From: Acetobacteraceae bacterium
Lineage (GTDB): Bacteria > Pseudomonadota > Alphaproteobacteria > Acetobacterales > Acetobacteraceae
Reading direction: 5' to 3'
Assembly: GCA_035503055.1 (NCBI GenBank)
Contig: DATJTV010000072.1
Coordinates: 1 to 56,877, forward strand
Length of the DNA stretch: 56,877 bases
Below, one piece after another: positions 17,585-26,311 of the stretch. The notes under the pieces were generated by a model. That model did no database searches. It was not told the origin of the DNA and saw only the letters and a list, made by a program, of their open reading frames with translations. Numbering within the stretch: the first letter of the stretch is position 1; every line of letters starts with the position of its first letter. Both the position numbers and the translations under genes were made by a program.

Positions 17585-18544
17585 TCAGCCCCGCGCGCCG
17601 AGGCGGACAAGATTCTGCGCGGTGACCGAGGCGATCAGGATTACGCCGATCACCCCGGCCTGATAGATGGGATTGAAGTTGTTGTAGCTGAGCCCGTAAT
17701 CGACGACGGCGATGACGATGGTGGCCAGCGCCGAGCCGACGACCGAACCGTCGCCGCCGAAGATATCGGCCCCGCCCAGCACGACGATGGCGATGCTGAG
17801 AAGGTTTCCGGTTTCCATCGCGTCCGGGCGGGCGGTGCCGAGACGCGCGGCGGAGACAATGCCGGCGAGGCCGGAGAGCAGGCCGGCGATGACGAAGGTG
17901 AGGCAACGGATGCGCCCGGCCCTGATGCCCGCGAGGCGCGCGGCGAGATCGTTGGTGCCGGTGAGATAGAGCCGCCGCCCGTAGGCGGTGAAGAGTTGCA
18001 GATAGGCGCAGAAGAGGAAGGCCGGCAGGTAGATGAACAGCACCTGGAAGGGGATGCCCGCGACGGTGCCCTGGCCGATGGCGAGGAAGGGGTGGGGGCT
18101 CGTCGTGAGATCGATATTGACGCCGCCGGTGAAGACGAGGGCGAGGCCGTAGAAGGCGAACATCGTGGCGAGCGTGACGATGATCGCGGGGATGCCGAGC
18201 GCGGCATAGGCGAGGCCGTTCACGAGCCCCATGACGAGGCCGGCGGCGAGGCCGATGGCAACCGCGAGCGGCCAGGGCAGGTGATGCGCGAGCGCGAGGC
18301 CGAGGAACACCTGCGAAAGCGCGGCGATCGCGCCGACGGAGAGATCGACGCCGCCATCGCCGCCGCAGACGACGAAGGTCTGGCCGAGGGCGAGGATGCC
18401 GATGCCGACCGCGAAGACCGCCATCGAGGCGAGGTTGCCCGGGGCGAGAATTCCGAGATCGAGCGAGGCGAAACCGCCGAGTGCGACGGCGAGGAAGAGG
18501 ACGAGGAGCGCAAGGCGCGAACGGTCGATGCCGATGCCGCCCAT
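17585..18544 (-). CDS. Sugar ABC transporter permease (CUT2/RbsC type)
   Basis: 319 aa, multi-TM, GGVDLSVGA motif. Confidence 0.9.
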   Translation of the reverse strand: MGGIGIDRSRLALLVLFLAVALGGFASLDLGILAPGNLASMAVFAVGIGILALGQTFVVCGGDGGVDLSVGAIAALSQVFLGLALAHHLPWPLAVAIGLAAGLVMGLVNGLAYAALGIPAIIVTLATMFAFYGLALVFTGGVNIDLTTSPHPFLAIGQGTVAGIPFQVLFIYLPAFLFCAYLQLFTAYGRRLYLTGTNDLAARLAGIRAGRIRCLTFVIAGLLSGLAGIVSAARLGTARPDAMETGNLLSIAIVVLGGADIFGGDGSVVGSALATIVIAVVDYGLSYNNFNPIYQAGVIGVILIASVTAQNLVRLGARG

Positions 18545-18547
18545 GGC

Positions 18548-19558
18548 TCAGGCCGCTCCGGCAGGGCGGCGCCAGGCGTGGCTGAGGCCGACGGAGGCGA
18601 GGATGATGAAGCCGAGCAGCACGCCGCTCCAGAAGGGCTGGATGTGCAGAAGGACGACGCCGTCTTCGACGAGCTGAACGATGAGCGTGCCGAGCAGGGT
18701 GCCGAGGATCGTGCCTTTGCCGCCGGCAAGCTCGGTGCCGCCGAGGACGACCGCGGCGATGACGGTGAGGACGAAGCCGGAGCCGGTGGAGGTTTGCACG
18801 AGCGGGCTCTGGCCGAGCGTGAGGAGGGCCGCGAGGCCGGTGAAGACGCCGATCAGGACGTAGGAGGCGCGCTTGATGCGACGCACGTCGAGGCCGGCGA
18901 GGCGCGCGGCCTCCTCGTTGTTGCCGAGCGCGTAGATGTGTCGCCCGGCGCGGAAGAAGCGGAGGAAGGCGGCGAAGCCCGCCATGACGAGCAGTGCCAG
19001 CAAGGTTGCCATCGGCAGCGGCCCGAGCCTGGTTGTCACGAAGATTTTCGTGAGGATGGGCGGAATATCGGTGAGCCAGGTGCTGCCGAGGGCGATGAAG
19101 ACGAGCATGCGGTAGATGGAGAGCGTGCCCAGGGTGGCGACGATTGGCGGGACCGCGCCTTCGATGATGATGACGGCGTTGACGAGGCCGAAAAAAGCCC
19201 CGAGCAGGAGGAAGGCGGGCACCGCGACGGCGAGGCCCCACCCGGCGGCGAGGAGCTTGCCGCCGAGGGCGGCGATGAGGCCGAGCATCGAGCCGGTGGA
19301 GACATCGATCCCGCCGGTCAGGATGACGATGGTCATGCCGGTGGCGGGGATGGCGGTGATCGCGAAATTGACGAGAAAATTGGTGACGTTGGCGGGATAG
19401 AAGAGCGCGCCGTGCGAGCCGAGGTCGATCGCGAGCCCGAGCAGGACGAGGGTGACCAGCAGCACGCCTTCGCGGCCGGAGAGGAAGCGCGCGAGGGCGA
19501 TCGCGGTGGGCGCGGGCCGCGCGGCGGGGCGGGCGCGATCGGCGGCGATCGGGGTCAT
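18548..19558 (-). CDS. Sugar ABC transporter permease (CUT2/RbsC type)
   Basis: 336 aa, multi-TM, GGIDVSTGS motif, ATGA overlap with the ATPase. Confidence 0.9.
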   Translation of the reverse strand: MTPIAADRARPAARPAPTAIALARFLSGREGVLLVTLVLLGLAIDLGSHGALFYPANVTNFLVNFAITAIPATGMTIVILTGGIDVSTGSMLGLIAALGGKLLAAGWGLAVAVPAFLLLGAFFGLVNAVIIIEGAVPPIVATLGTLSIYRMLVFIALGSTWLTDIPPILTKIFVTTRLGPLPMATLLALLVMAGFAAFLRFFRAGRHIYALGNNEEAARLAGLDVRRIKRASYVLIGVFTGLAALLTLGQSPLVQTSTGSGFVLTVIAAVVLGGTELAGGKGTILGTLLGTLIVQLVEDGVVLLHIQPFWSGVLLGFIILASVGLSHAWRRPAGAA

Positions 19559-21075
19559 GCGGTGGCGCGGGCGGGCGCCTTGCCGCCGACCGCGGCGGCG
19601 AGGATGCCCTCGGCGTCCAGCTCCTGCGGCAGGCCTTCCGTGACGACGCGGCCTTCGCGCATGACGATGACGCGATCGGCGAGCTCGAGAATCTCGGGAA
19701 GGTCCGAGGAGATGACGGCGACGGCGACGCCGGAGGCGGCGAGATTGCGGATGAAATCGTGGATCTCGGCCTTGGTCTGCACGTCGATCCCGCGCGTCGG
19801 CTCGTCGAGGATGAGCACGCGGAAAGGGCGGCTGGCCCAGCGGGCGAAGAGGCCTTTCTGCTGATTGCCGCCGGAGAGGGTGCGAATGACGGTGAGCGGG
19901 TTCGGCGCCTTGATGTCGTATCTTTGCATGACGCGGCGCGCTTCCTCCCTGAGTGCCGCGAAGTCGAGGCGAAGGGGCGCGGCTGCAAAGCGGGCGAGCA
20001 CGTTGGCGGTGAGATTGCTTTCGAGGGGCTTGTTGGCGAAGAGGCCCTGGAGCTTGCGATCCTCGGGGAGATAGCCGATGCCGAGGCGGATCGCCTCATC
20101 CGGGCTCCGGGGCGAGACGCGCTTTCCGTCCAGCCATATTTCTCCGCTCGCCGGATGGAGGAAACCGAAGGCGGCGAGCGCCACCTCGGAGCGGCCGGAG
20201 CCGACGAGGCCGTAGATTCCGGTGACCGTGTGCGCGGGAATGCGCCAGCTCACGTCGGTGAAATGGGGCGGGAGGGAGAGATGGCTGACGGCAAGAACCG
20301 GTGGGGCGTCGGTGGTTGGAGGGCGCGGCGAGGCGGGGGCCCTGGTGTGCCTTTTCCCGCCGGCCATCAGCGTGAGCAGCCGCTCGGCGGAGATCTCCTC
20401 GCGCGGGAAGGCGCCGCTGATCGCACCGTCGGTCAGCACGGTGACGCGATCGGCGATGCGCGGCACTTCCGCGAGGCGGTGGGTGATGTAGACGATGGCG
20501 CGGCCGCCGGCGCGCAGGCGGGCGATGATCGCGAAGAGGCGATCGGCTTCCGAAGCGGAAAGGATGGAGGTCGGTTCGTCGAAGATAATGATGCGGGCGT
20601 TGCGCAGGAGCGCTTGCGCGATCAGCACGAGCTGCTGATAGCCGATGCTGAGGGAGGACATCGGGCGGGCGAGCCATGCGGGATCGAGATCGAGTTCGCG
20701 AAACCAGGGGAGCGCCAGCTCTTCCATCGCGGCGCGGCGGATGACGCCCCCCGGACCGCAAAGCTCCTGGCCCACGAACATGTTTTCGCGGACCGAGAGG
20801 TGGCGGTAGATCAGCGGCTCCTGATAGACCGCGGCGATACCGAGCGCCTGCGCGTCTTGCGGGCTGCGGAAGACGCGGGGCGTCCCGCCGATGCGGATCG
20901 TGCCGGCATCGGCTTGGATCGCGCCGGTCAAGATGCGGATGAGGGTGGATTTGCCGGCGCCGTTCTCGCCGAGCAGCACGTGGGTCTCGCCTGCCTCGAT
21001 GGCGAGATCGATGCCGGCGAGCGCGCGCACTCCCCCGAAATGCTTGGCGATGGCGGAAAGTTCGACGAGGCTCAT
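19555..21075 (-). CDS. Sugar ABC transporter ATP-binding protein (duplicated NBD, RbsA-like)
   Basis: GENGAGKST / LSIGYQQ / IIIFDEPT in the first half and LSGGNQQK / VLILDEPTRGID in the second; 506 aa. Confidence 0.9.
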   Translation of the reverse strand: MSLVELSAIAKHFGGVRALAGIDLAIEAGETHVLLGENGAGKSTLIRILTGAIQADAGTIRIGGTPRVFRSPQDAQALGIAAVYQEPLIYRHLSVRENMFVGQELCGPGGVIRRAAMEELALPWFRELDLDPAWLARPMSSLSIGYQQLVLIAQALLRNARIIIFDEPTSILSASEADRLFAIIARLRAGGRAIVYITHRLAEVPRIADRVTVLTDGAISGAFPREEISAERLLTLMAGGKRHTRAPASPRPPTTDAPPVLAVSHLSLPPHFTDVSWRIPAHTVTGIYGLVGSGRSEVALAAFGFLHPASGEIWLDGKRVSPRSPDEAIRLGIGYLPEDRKLQGLFANKPLESNLTANVLARFAAAPLRLDFAALREEARRVMQRYDIKAPNPLTVIRTLSGGNQQKGLFARWASRPFRVLILDEPTRGIDVQTKAEIHDFIRNLAASGVAVAVISSDLPEILELADRVIVMREGRVVTEGLPQELDAEGILAAAVGGKAPARATA

Positions 21076-21092
21076 CGGGAAGCCATGAAGAA

Positions 21093-21119
21093 AGGGCCGG
21101 GCGGGCGGCGCGCCCGGCC
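21093..21119 (-). other. Intercistronic GC stem-loop (10-bp stem) between the SBP and ATPase genes
   Basis: GGGCCGGGCG-N7-CGCCCGGCCC, read directly. It sits just after the SBP stop codon. Confidence 0.45.
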
Positions 21120-21130
21120 CTCGCGCCGCA

Positions 21131-22123
21131 TCAGAAATTCAGGCTGACATTGTCCTTGGTGATGACCATCGGCGGGCCGAGAAGCAGGGTTTTCGTGTCG
21201 GGGAAGTACTGCACGGTGTGGAGGTTGGGGACGTCGTTCTTGGCAGCGAAGGGTTTCTTCTCGAGGATCTGCACGACGCCCCAGACGGTGAGATAGGCGA
21301 GATCGACGGGATTCCAGAGGACGACGCTCTTGACGGTGCCGTTGTTGACGTAGGGGCGGATGGTGTTGGGATCGGTGATGCCGGTGACGGCGACCTTGCC
21401 GGAGAGGCCGGCGGTGAGCACGGCCTGGGCGGCGCCGGGCACCGCGGTGGAGTTGACGCCGACGATCCCCTTGAGATGCGGATAGGCGGAGAGCAGCTGG
21501 CTGGTGACGGTGGTCGCCTGGGTGATGTCCTCGCCGGCATACTGGATCGAGACCAGCTTGAGGCCGGGATATTTTGCGGCCAGGCGATCCTTCATGTAGC
21601 CGATCCAGATATTGAGGTTGGTGGCGGTCGGCCCGCCGGAGACGAAGGCGACGTCTCCGGTCTTGCCGACCTGTTCGGCGAGCTGGTCGATGACGGTGTA
21701 GGAAAGCTCGCGAGGGTCGGCCTGATTGACGCGCAGACCGACGTTGGGCCCGTCGACCTGCGAATCGCTGGAATAGAAGAGGACCCCGGCCTGCACGGCC
21801 TTGGCGGCGAGAGGTTCGAGCGCCGTCGGCGAATTGGCGGAGACGCCGACGGCGTCGAGGCGTTTGTTGATCAGGCTCTGTACGATCTCGTCCTGGCCTT
21901 CGACCGACGCGGTGGTTGGGCCCTGGTAGATGATGGTGGCGCCAAAATCCTTGGCGCCTTTGTCGAGCCCCTGCTTCATCGCGTTGAAATAGGGGATGCC
22001 GATGAGCTTGGGCACGAAGGCGATGGTCCAGGTTTTCGCGCGGGCGACGGTGGGGGTGAGAGCGGCGGCGCCGGCGAGGGTGGCGAGCGCCAGCGTGTCG
22101 CGGCGTGAGACGGTTGAGGCCAT
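21131..22123 (-). CDS. Sugar ABC transporter substrate-binding protein (PBP1; rhamnose/AI-2-binding-like), Tat signal
   Basis: Start moved to ATG 22123 (MASTVSRRDTLALATLAGAAALTPTVARA), preceded by GGGAGGA. The mature part begins KTWTIAFVPKLIGIPYFNAM. Confidence 0.85.
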   Translation of the reverse strand: MASTVSRRDTLALATLAGAAALTPTVARAKTWTIAFVPKLIGIPYFNAMKQGLDKGAKDFGATIIYQGPTTASVEGQDEIVQSLINKRLDAVGVSANSPTALEPLAAKAVQAGVLFYSSDSQVDGPNVGLRVNQADPRELSYTVIDQLAEQVGKTGDVAFVSGGPTATNLNIWIGYMKDRLAAKYPGLKLVSIQYAGEDITQATTVTSQLLSAYPHLKGIVGVNSTAVPGAAQAVLTAGLSGKVAVTGITDPNTIRPYVNNGTVKSVVLWNPVDLAYLTVWGVVQILEKKPFAAKNDVPNLHTVQYFPDTKTLLLGPPMVITKDNVSLNF

Positions 22124-22418
22124 GGTTTTCCTCCCGATTTTCGGGCCCCGGGCTCGACATATCGCGGGGCCAGTGATCGCCGTGATGGCGACCGTGCCGG
22201 TTGGCGCCATCATCGGACCAACCGGGACGCACGGCAACTCGGGCTCGGGGGGGGCGGGCGAGTCGCGGCAGCGGGAGCGGGAGCGGGGGTTCCCGGTTCA
22301 GTGCCGGCGCACAACCATCACGGCTGCGCGCGATGGAAGCCGTTCATCGCGCCCCGCTTTCGGCTTTCCTCCTCATTTCATTCCGCGGCTTCACGCCGGC
22401 GACCCCCATGACGCGCGC

Positions 22419-23198
22419 TCAGCGGGAGACGGTGCGCATGAATCCCGTGCTGCGGTCGATCACGACGATGAGCAGGATGGTGACCGCGATCAACACCACC
22501 GACAGCGCCGAGACCTGGGGATCTGCCCGGTATTGTACATAGTGGAAGATCTGGATGGGCAGCGTCGTCAGGCGCGGACCAATGACGAAGAGGGTGATCA
22601 CCACCTCGTCGAAGGAAGCGAGGAAGGCCAGCGCCGCGGCGGCCAGGAGCGCCGGGCGGATCAGCGGAAGTGTCACCCTTCGGAAAACGGCGGCGGGCGG
22701 CGCGCCCAGGGTCGCGGCCGCCTCCTCCACTGAGGCCGGCACGCCCCTGATCGCCGTCAGCATCAGCCGCACGACGTAGGGTAGCGCGACCAGGCTGTGG
22801 CCGAAGACGAGGCCCGGCAGGGTCCCGAGCAGCCCGAGCTGGGCGAAGACGAGCAGCAGGGCGAGCCCGAGCACGATCGTCGGCATCAGGAGTGGCGCGG
22901 TGAAGAAGGCGAGCAGGCTGCCTCGCCCCGGGATGCTGGTGCGCGCGAGCGCCCAGGCGGCGGCCGTGCCGATGAGCAGCGTCACGGCGGTAACGATGCC
23001 GCCGAGCACCAGGCTCACCTCGAGACCGGACTGGAAGCCTTCGTTGCGCAGCAACCCGCCGTAGGCGGCGAAGCCCCAATGACGGGGCGGGAATGCAAGA
23101 TAGGCGTCGTTGCTGAAGGAGGATAGTACGACCACGATCATCGGCGCCAGCAGGAACAAATAGAGAAGCACGACGGCGGCGCGAGCAAGCGGCCTCAT
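22419..23198 (-). CDS. ABC permease, PotC/PhnV-like
   Basis: Start moved to ATG 23198 (ATGA overlap with the upstream permease). 259 aa, 6 TM-like segments, EAA loop (EEAAATLGAPPAAVFRRVTLP). Confidence 0.85.
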   Translation of the reverse strand: MRPLARAAVVLLYLFLLAPMIVVVLSSFSNDAYLAFPPRHWGFAAYGGLLRNEGFQSGLEVSLVLGGIVTAVTLLIGTAAAWALARTSIPGRGSLLAFFTAPLLMPTIVLGLALLLVFAQLGLLGTLPGLVFGHSLVALPYVVRLMLTAIRGVPASVEEAAATLGAPPAAVFRRVTLPLIRPALLAAAALAFLASFDEVVITLFVIGPRLTTLPIQIFHYVQYRADPQVSALSVVLIAVTILLIVVIDRSTGFMRTVSR

Positions 23199-24034
23199 GC
23201 GGCCCACCGCCGCGCGAAGCGCTCGTACGCGGCGAGGCAGGCACCGAAGACGACGACCAGGATGATCGAGATCGCCGCCGCGAGCGGCCAGTTCAGTGTC
23301 TCCAGCGCCTCCTGATAGATCGTCGTCGCCATCACGTAGACCCGGCCCCCACCGAGCAGGCTCGGCGTGACGAAGGAGCTCATCACCTGCACGAAGGTCA
23401 CGAGGCATCCGAGCACGATGCCCGGGGCGCTGAGCGGAATGGTGACGCGCAGAAACGCCCGCCACGGCGCGGCGCCGAGGCAACGCGCAGCCTCCTCGAG
23501 CGTCGGGTCGAGGCGAGCGAACCCCGCCATCAAGGCAAGGATCATCACCGGCATCTCGATCTGAACGAGGCCGATTTCCACGCCGAGCAGATTGTCCATG
23601 AGCGCGATCGGCCGGTGCACGAGGCCGAGCCAGATCAGCGCCTGGTTGACGAGCCCGTGATCGTCCAGGATCGTCATCCAGCTATAGGTGCGGACGACCG
23701 AACTGATCAGCATCGGTGAGACGGTGAGCACCGCCAGGACCGCACGCCAGCGCGAGCGCGTGCGGAAGAGGAAGAGGGCGATCGCATAGGACGCGACCAG
23801 GGTCAGCGCCGTGACCGTGACGCCGAGCTCGAAGGTGCGGAGGAGGATCCGTTGATAGAACGGGTCGCCGAGGAACTGGCCGTATTCTCCGGCACTGAGC
23901 GCCGGGACGAGAACGCCGCCATCCTCCGAGCGATCGAGCGAAAGCCGCGCGAGCCAGAGCATCGGCAAAAGGAACGTGAGCACCATGAGCGCGGTCGCGG
24001 GCGTCGCCAGCACCGCTCCGGTCCAGCGCCTCAT
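23195..24034 (-). CDS. ABC permease, PotB/PhnU-like
   Basis: 279 aa, EAA loop (EEAARCLGAAPWRAFLRVTIP). Confidence 0.85.
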   Translation of the reverse strand: MRRWTGAVLATPATALMVLTFLLPMLWLARLSLDRSEDGGVLVPALSAGEYGQFLGDPFYQRILLRTFELGVTVTALTLVASYAIALFLFRTRSRWRAVLAVLTVSPMLISSVVRTYSWMTILDDHGLVNQALIWLGLVHRPIALMDNLLGVEIGLVQIEMPVMILALMAGFARLDPTLEEAARCLGAAPWRAFLRVTIPLSAPGIVLGCLVTFVQVMSSFVTPSLLGGGRVYVMATTIYQEALETLNWPLAAAISIILVVVFGACLAAYERFARRWAA

Positions 24035-25104
24035 CGTGGGAAGATCATGGTGTCGGCGGGGTCCCAGCAGAGGGAGACATTGTCGCCTTCCGCGAAACGG
24101 AGCCCCTCGACAGGAGAAGTCGGGCTTTCGACGAGCAGGGTCGTGCCGGCGGCCTCGACGTCGTACTCGATCGTTTCGCCGGCGAAGGTCACCTTCCTGA
24201 TCCGCGCCGCAAGCACGTTGGCATCGCCACCCGAGGCCGTTTTCGCCAAGCGCATGCGGTGCGGCCGGATCATGGCGGTCACCGCGTGGCCCGCGCGCAA
24301 GGCGCCGCGGACCGTGAAAGTCTCATCGCCGGCCGCGAGCGTGGCGCCTTCCGCAGCACTCGCGCGAACGATCGCTTGCAGGCGGTTGGTCCGGCCGATG
24401 AAGCCCGCGACGAAGGGAGTTGCGGGCCGCTCGTAGATATCGACCGGATTTGCCACCTGCTCCACCCGGCCGCCTTCCATGACGACGATGCGGTCGGACA
24501 TCGTCAGCGCCTCGGACTGGTCGTGGGTGACGAAGATCGTCGTGATCCCGAGCCGCCGCTGGATCTCACGAATCTCGTCGCGCAGCTCCTCGCGCAGCTT
24601 GGCATCGAGGTTGGAGAGCGGCTCGTCCAGCAGCAGGACCGCGGGCTCGATCACCAGGGCCCGCGCGAGTGCGGCGCGCTGCTGCTGCCCGCCCGAGAGT
24701 TCCTTGGGCCTTCTTCCCCTGAAGGCGGAGAGGCGGACGAGGTCCAGCGCCCGCCCGGTACGCTCATGGGCCTTCGCGCCCGATATCCCGCGCATCTCTA
24801 GTCCGAAGGCGACGTTTCGCTCGATCGAAAGATGCGGAAAGAGCGCGTAGTTCTGAAAGACGAACCCCATGTTGCGCAGATGCGTCGGCCGCGCGGTGAT
24901 ATCCTCTCCCTTGAGCAGCACCGTTCCGGTCGTTGGGGCGAGCAGGCCCGCGATGATGCGAAGGACGGTCGTCTTGCCGCAGCCGGAGGGCCCGAGCAGC
25001 GTGATGAACTCGCCCGACATGACGGCGAGATCAAATCCCGCCACCGTCGGGGCCCCGTCGCCGTAGCTCTTAGCGATACCCTTCAGCTCGAGATAGGGGG
25101 GCAC
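24031..25104 (-). CDS. ABC ATP-binding protein, PotA/PhnT-like
   Basis: [32 protein letters not shown] and VTHDQSEA, plus a TOBE-type C-terminus. Confidence 0.9.
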   Translation of the reverse strand: MPPYLELKGIAKSYGDGAPTVAGFDLAVMSGEFITLLGPSGCGKTTVLRIIAGLLAPTTGTVLLKGEDITARPTHLRNMGFVFQNYALFPHLSIERNVAFGLEMRGISGAKAHERTGRALDLVRLSAFRGRRPKELSGGQQQRAALARALVIEPAVLLLDEPLSNLDAKLREELRDEIREIQRRLGITTIFVTHDQSEALTMSDRIVVMEGGRVEQVANPVDIYERPATPFVAGFIGRTNRLQAIVRASAAEGATLAAGDETFTVRGALRAGHAVTAMIRPHRMRLAKTASGGDANVLAARIRKVTFAGETIEYDVEAAGTTLLVESPTSPVEGLRFAEGDNVSLCWDPADTMIFPR

Positions 25105-25143
25105 AGACGCAGCAACGCGCGGCGATAACGCAAGAAACGTCGC

Positions 25144-26214
25144 TTAGTGTGTGGGAATCACCTCCCGCTGCCACATGCGGGTCCATTGGTCCTGCACACT
25201 CGCGACGTAGTTCCAGTCGATCGGGAGCATCTTGCTCAAGCTCGGCGGATAGGAGGAAGTCCGCGCCATGATGGCCGGCGGCAGAACGGCGTGCTCGTTC
25301 GTCGGGCCGTAGTACATCAGCTTCGCGTAGCGCTCCTGCGGTCCTGGCGCGAGCGCGTAATTGATGAAGAGCTGCGCCGCCGCCGGGTGGGGCGTGTGAG
25401 CCACCAGGTTGATCGTGTCGATGTCGAGGATCGAGCCCGACTTCATGACCACTGAGGCGAGCTTGCCGCCGGCCTTATCGATATAGGTCTGCGTCCGCGC
25501 GTTCCACGCGACGGCAAGATTGGCGTCGCCGTTGATCACCATCGCGTATTCGTCAGGCATCGGGTTCCAGGTCTGGACGTTCCGGGCGATCGCCTGGAGC
25601 GTCGCGATTTGCTGCGTCTGCAGCCCCTTGTAGTTGAGGCCGAGATATTTCGAAACGACGAGCTGCAGCGCGATGCCGATCACGTTCGGCGCGGGCGAAA
25701 ACACGACCTCGCCCTTGTTCGCCGGGTCGAGCAGGTCCTTGATGCCCGTGGGCGGAACCTTCATCGCGGTCGGGTTGTAGATCAGCACCAGACTGTCGAA
25801 GTCAATGCCCGGTCCCATGTCGCCGCCCATTTGGGCTTGCGGATAGATATCCGCGAGGTTCGTCACCACCTTGGGATCGAGCGGGCTGAAGAGTCCCTCC
25901 TTGTTGGCCACCCGCGAGACCGAGAAATCCATGATATCGACATCGACCTGCGGATGGGCTCTCTGCGCGCGCAGCATGCCGAGCATCTGCGCCGAGCTTC
26001 CGGCGGCGTCGTAGATGACCGTGATCCCCGGATATTTCTTCATGAAGGGTGCGACGACGGCCGCGGTGTAATTGTCCTTCACCACGCCCGAGTAGCCCAT
26101 GAGGACGATCTGACCGGTGGGGCCGGCGGCACGCGCCGGCTGAGGTGAAAGACCCGGCACCGCCGCGACGCACAACGCGGCCGCGGAAATCAACCGTCCC
26201 AGAAGCAAACGCAT
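25144..26214 (-). CDS. Periplasmic substrate-binding protein, PotD/PhnS-like
   Basis: Start moved to ATG 26214 (MRLLLGRLISAAALCVAAVPGLSPQPARA signal peptide). The gene order SBP-ATPase-permease-permease matches phnSTUV-type rather than potABCD-type loci. Confidence 0.8.
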   Translation of the reverse strand: MRLLLGRLISAAALCVAAVPGLSPQPARAAGPTGQIVLMGYSGVVKDNYTAAVVAPFMKKYPGITVIYDAAGSSAQMLGMLRAQRAHPQVDVDIMDFSVSRVANKEGLFSPLDPKVVTNLADIYPQAQMGGDMGPGIDFDSLVLIYNPTAMKVPPTGIKDLLDPANKGEVVFSPAPNVIGIALQLVVSKYLGLNYKGLQTQQIATLQAIARNVQTWNPMPDEYAMVINGDANLAVAWNARTQTYIDKAGGKLASVVMKSGSILDIDTINLVAHTPHPAAAQLFINYALAPGPQERYAKLMYYGPTNEHAVLPPAIMARTSSYPPSLSKMLPIDWNYVASVQDQWTRMWQREVIPTH

Positions 26215-26311
26215 CGTTTCGTTCCCCCGAAGTCGCCAGCGGCGCAAGATCACGCCCCCTAGCGCTTCATTTCGGTGTGTCCCGGCTGCAAGGCAGCGTC
26301 AACATGGCCTC

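Noticed and set aside
17142-20099. Very long ORFs in the six-frame track. Examples are the 985-aa ORF at 17142-20099 (-), 780 aa at 17522-19864 (+), 972 aa at 33172-36090 (-), 690 aa at 1206-3278 (+), 573 aa at 11676-13397 (-) and 497 aa at 39997-41490 (-).
   Set aside because: They lie antisense or out of frame to genes with clear family signatures such as ABC permeases and ATPases, SBPs, a kinase and enolases. Their translations are Arg/Pro/Ala/Gly-rich low-complexity strings with no motifs. This is expected in DNA this GC-rich, where stop codons are rare in all frames.
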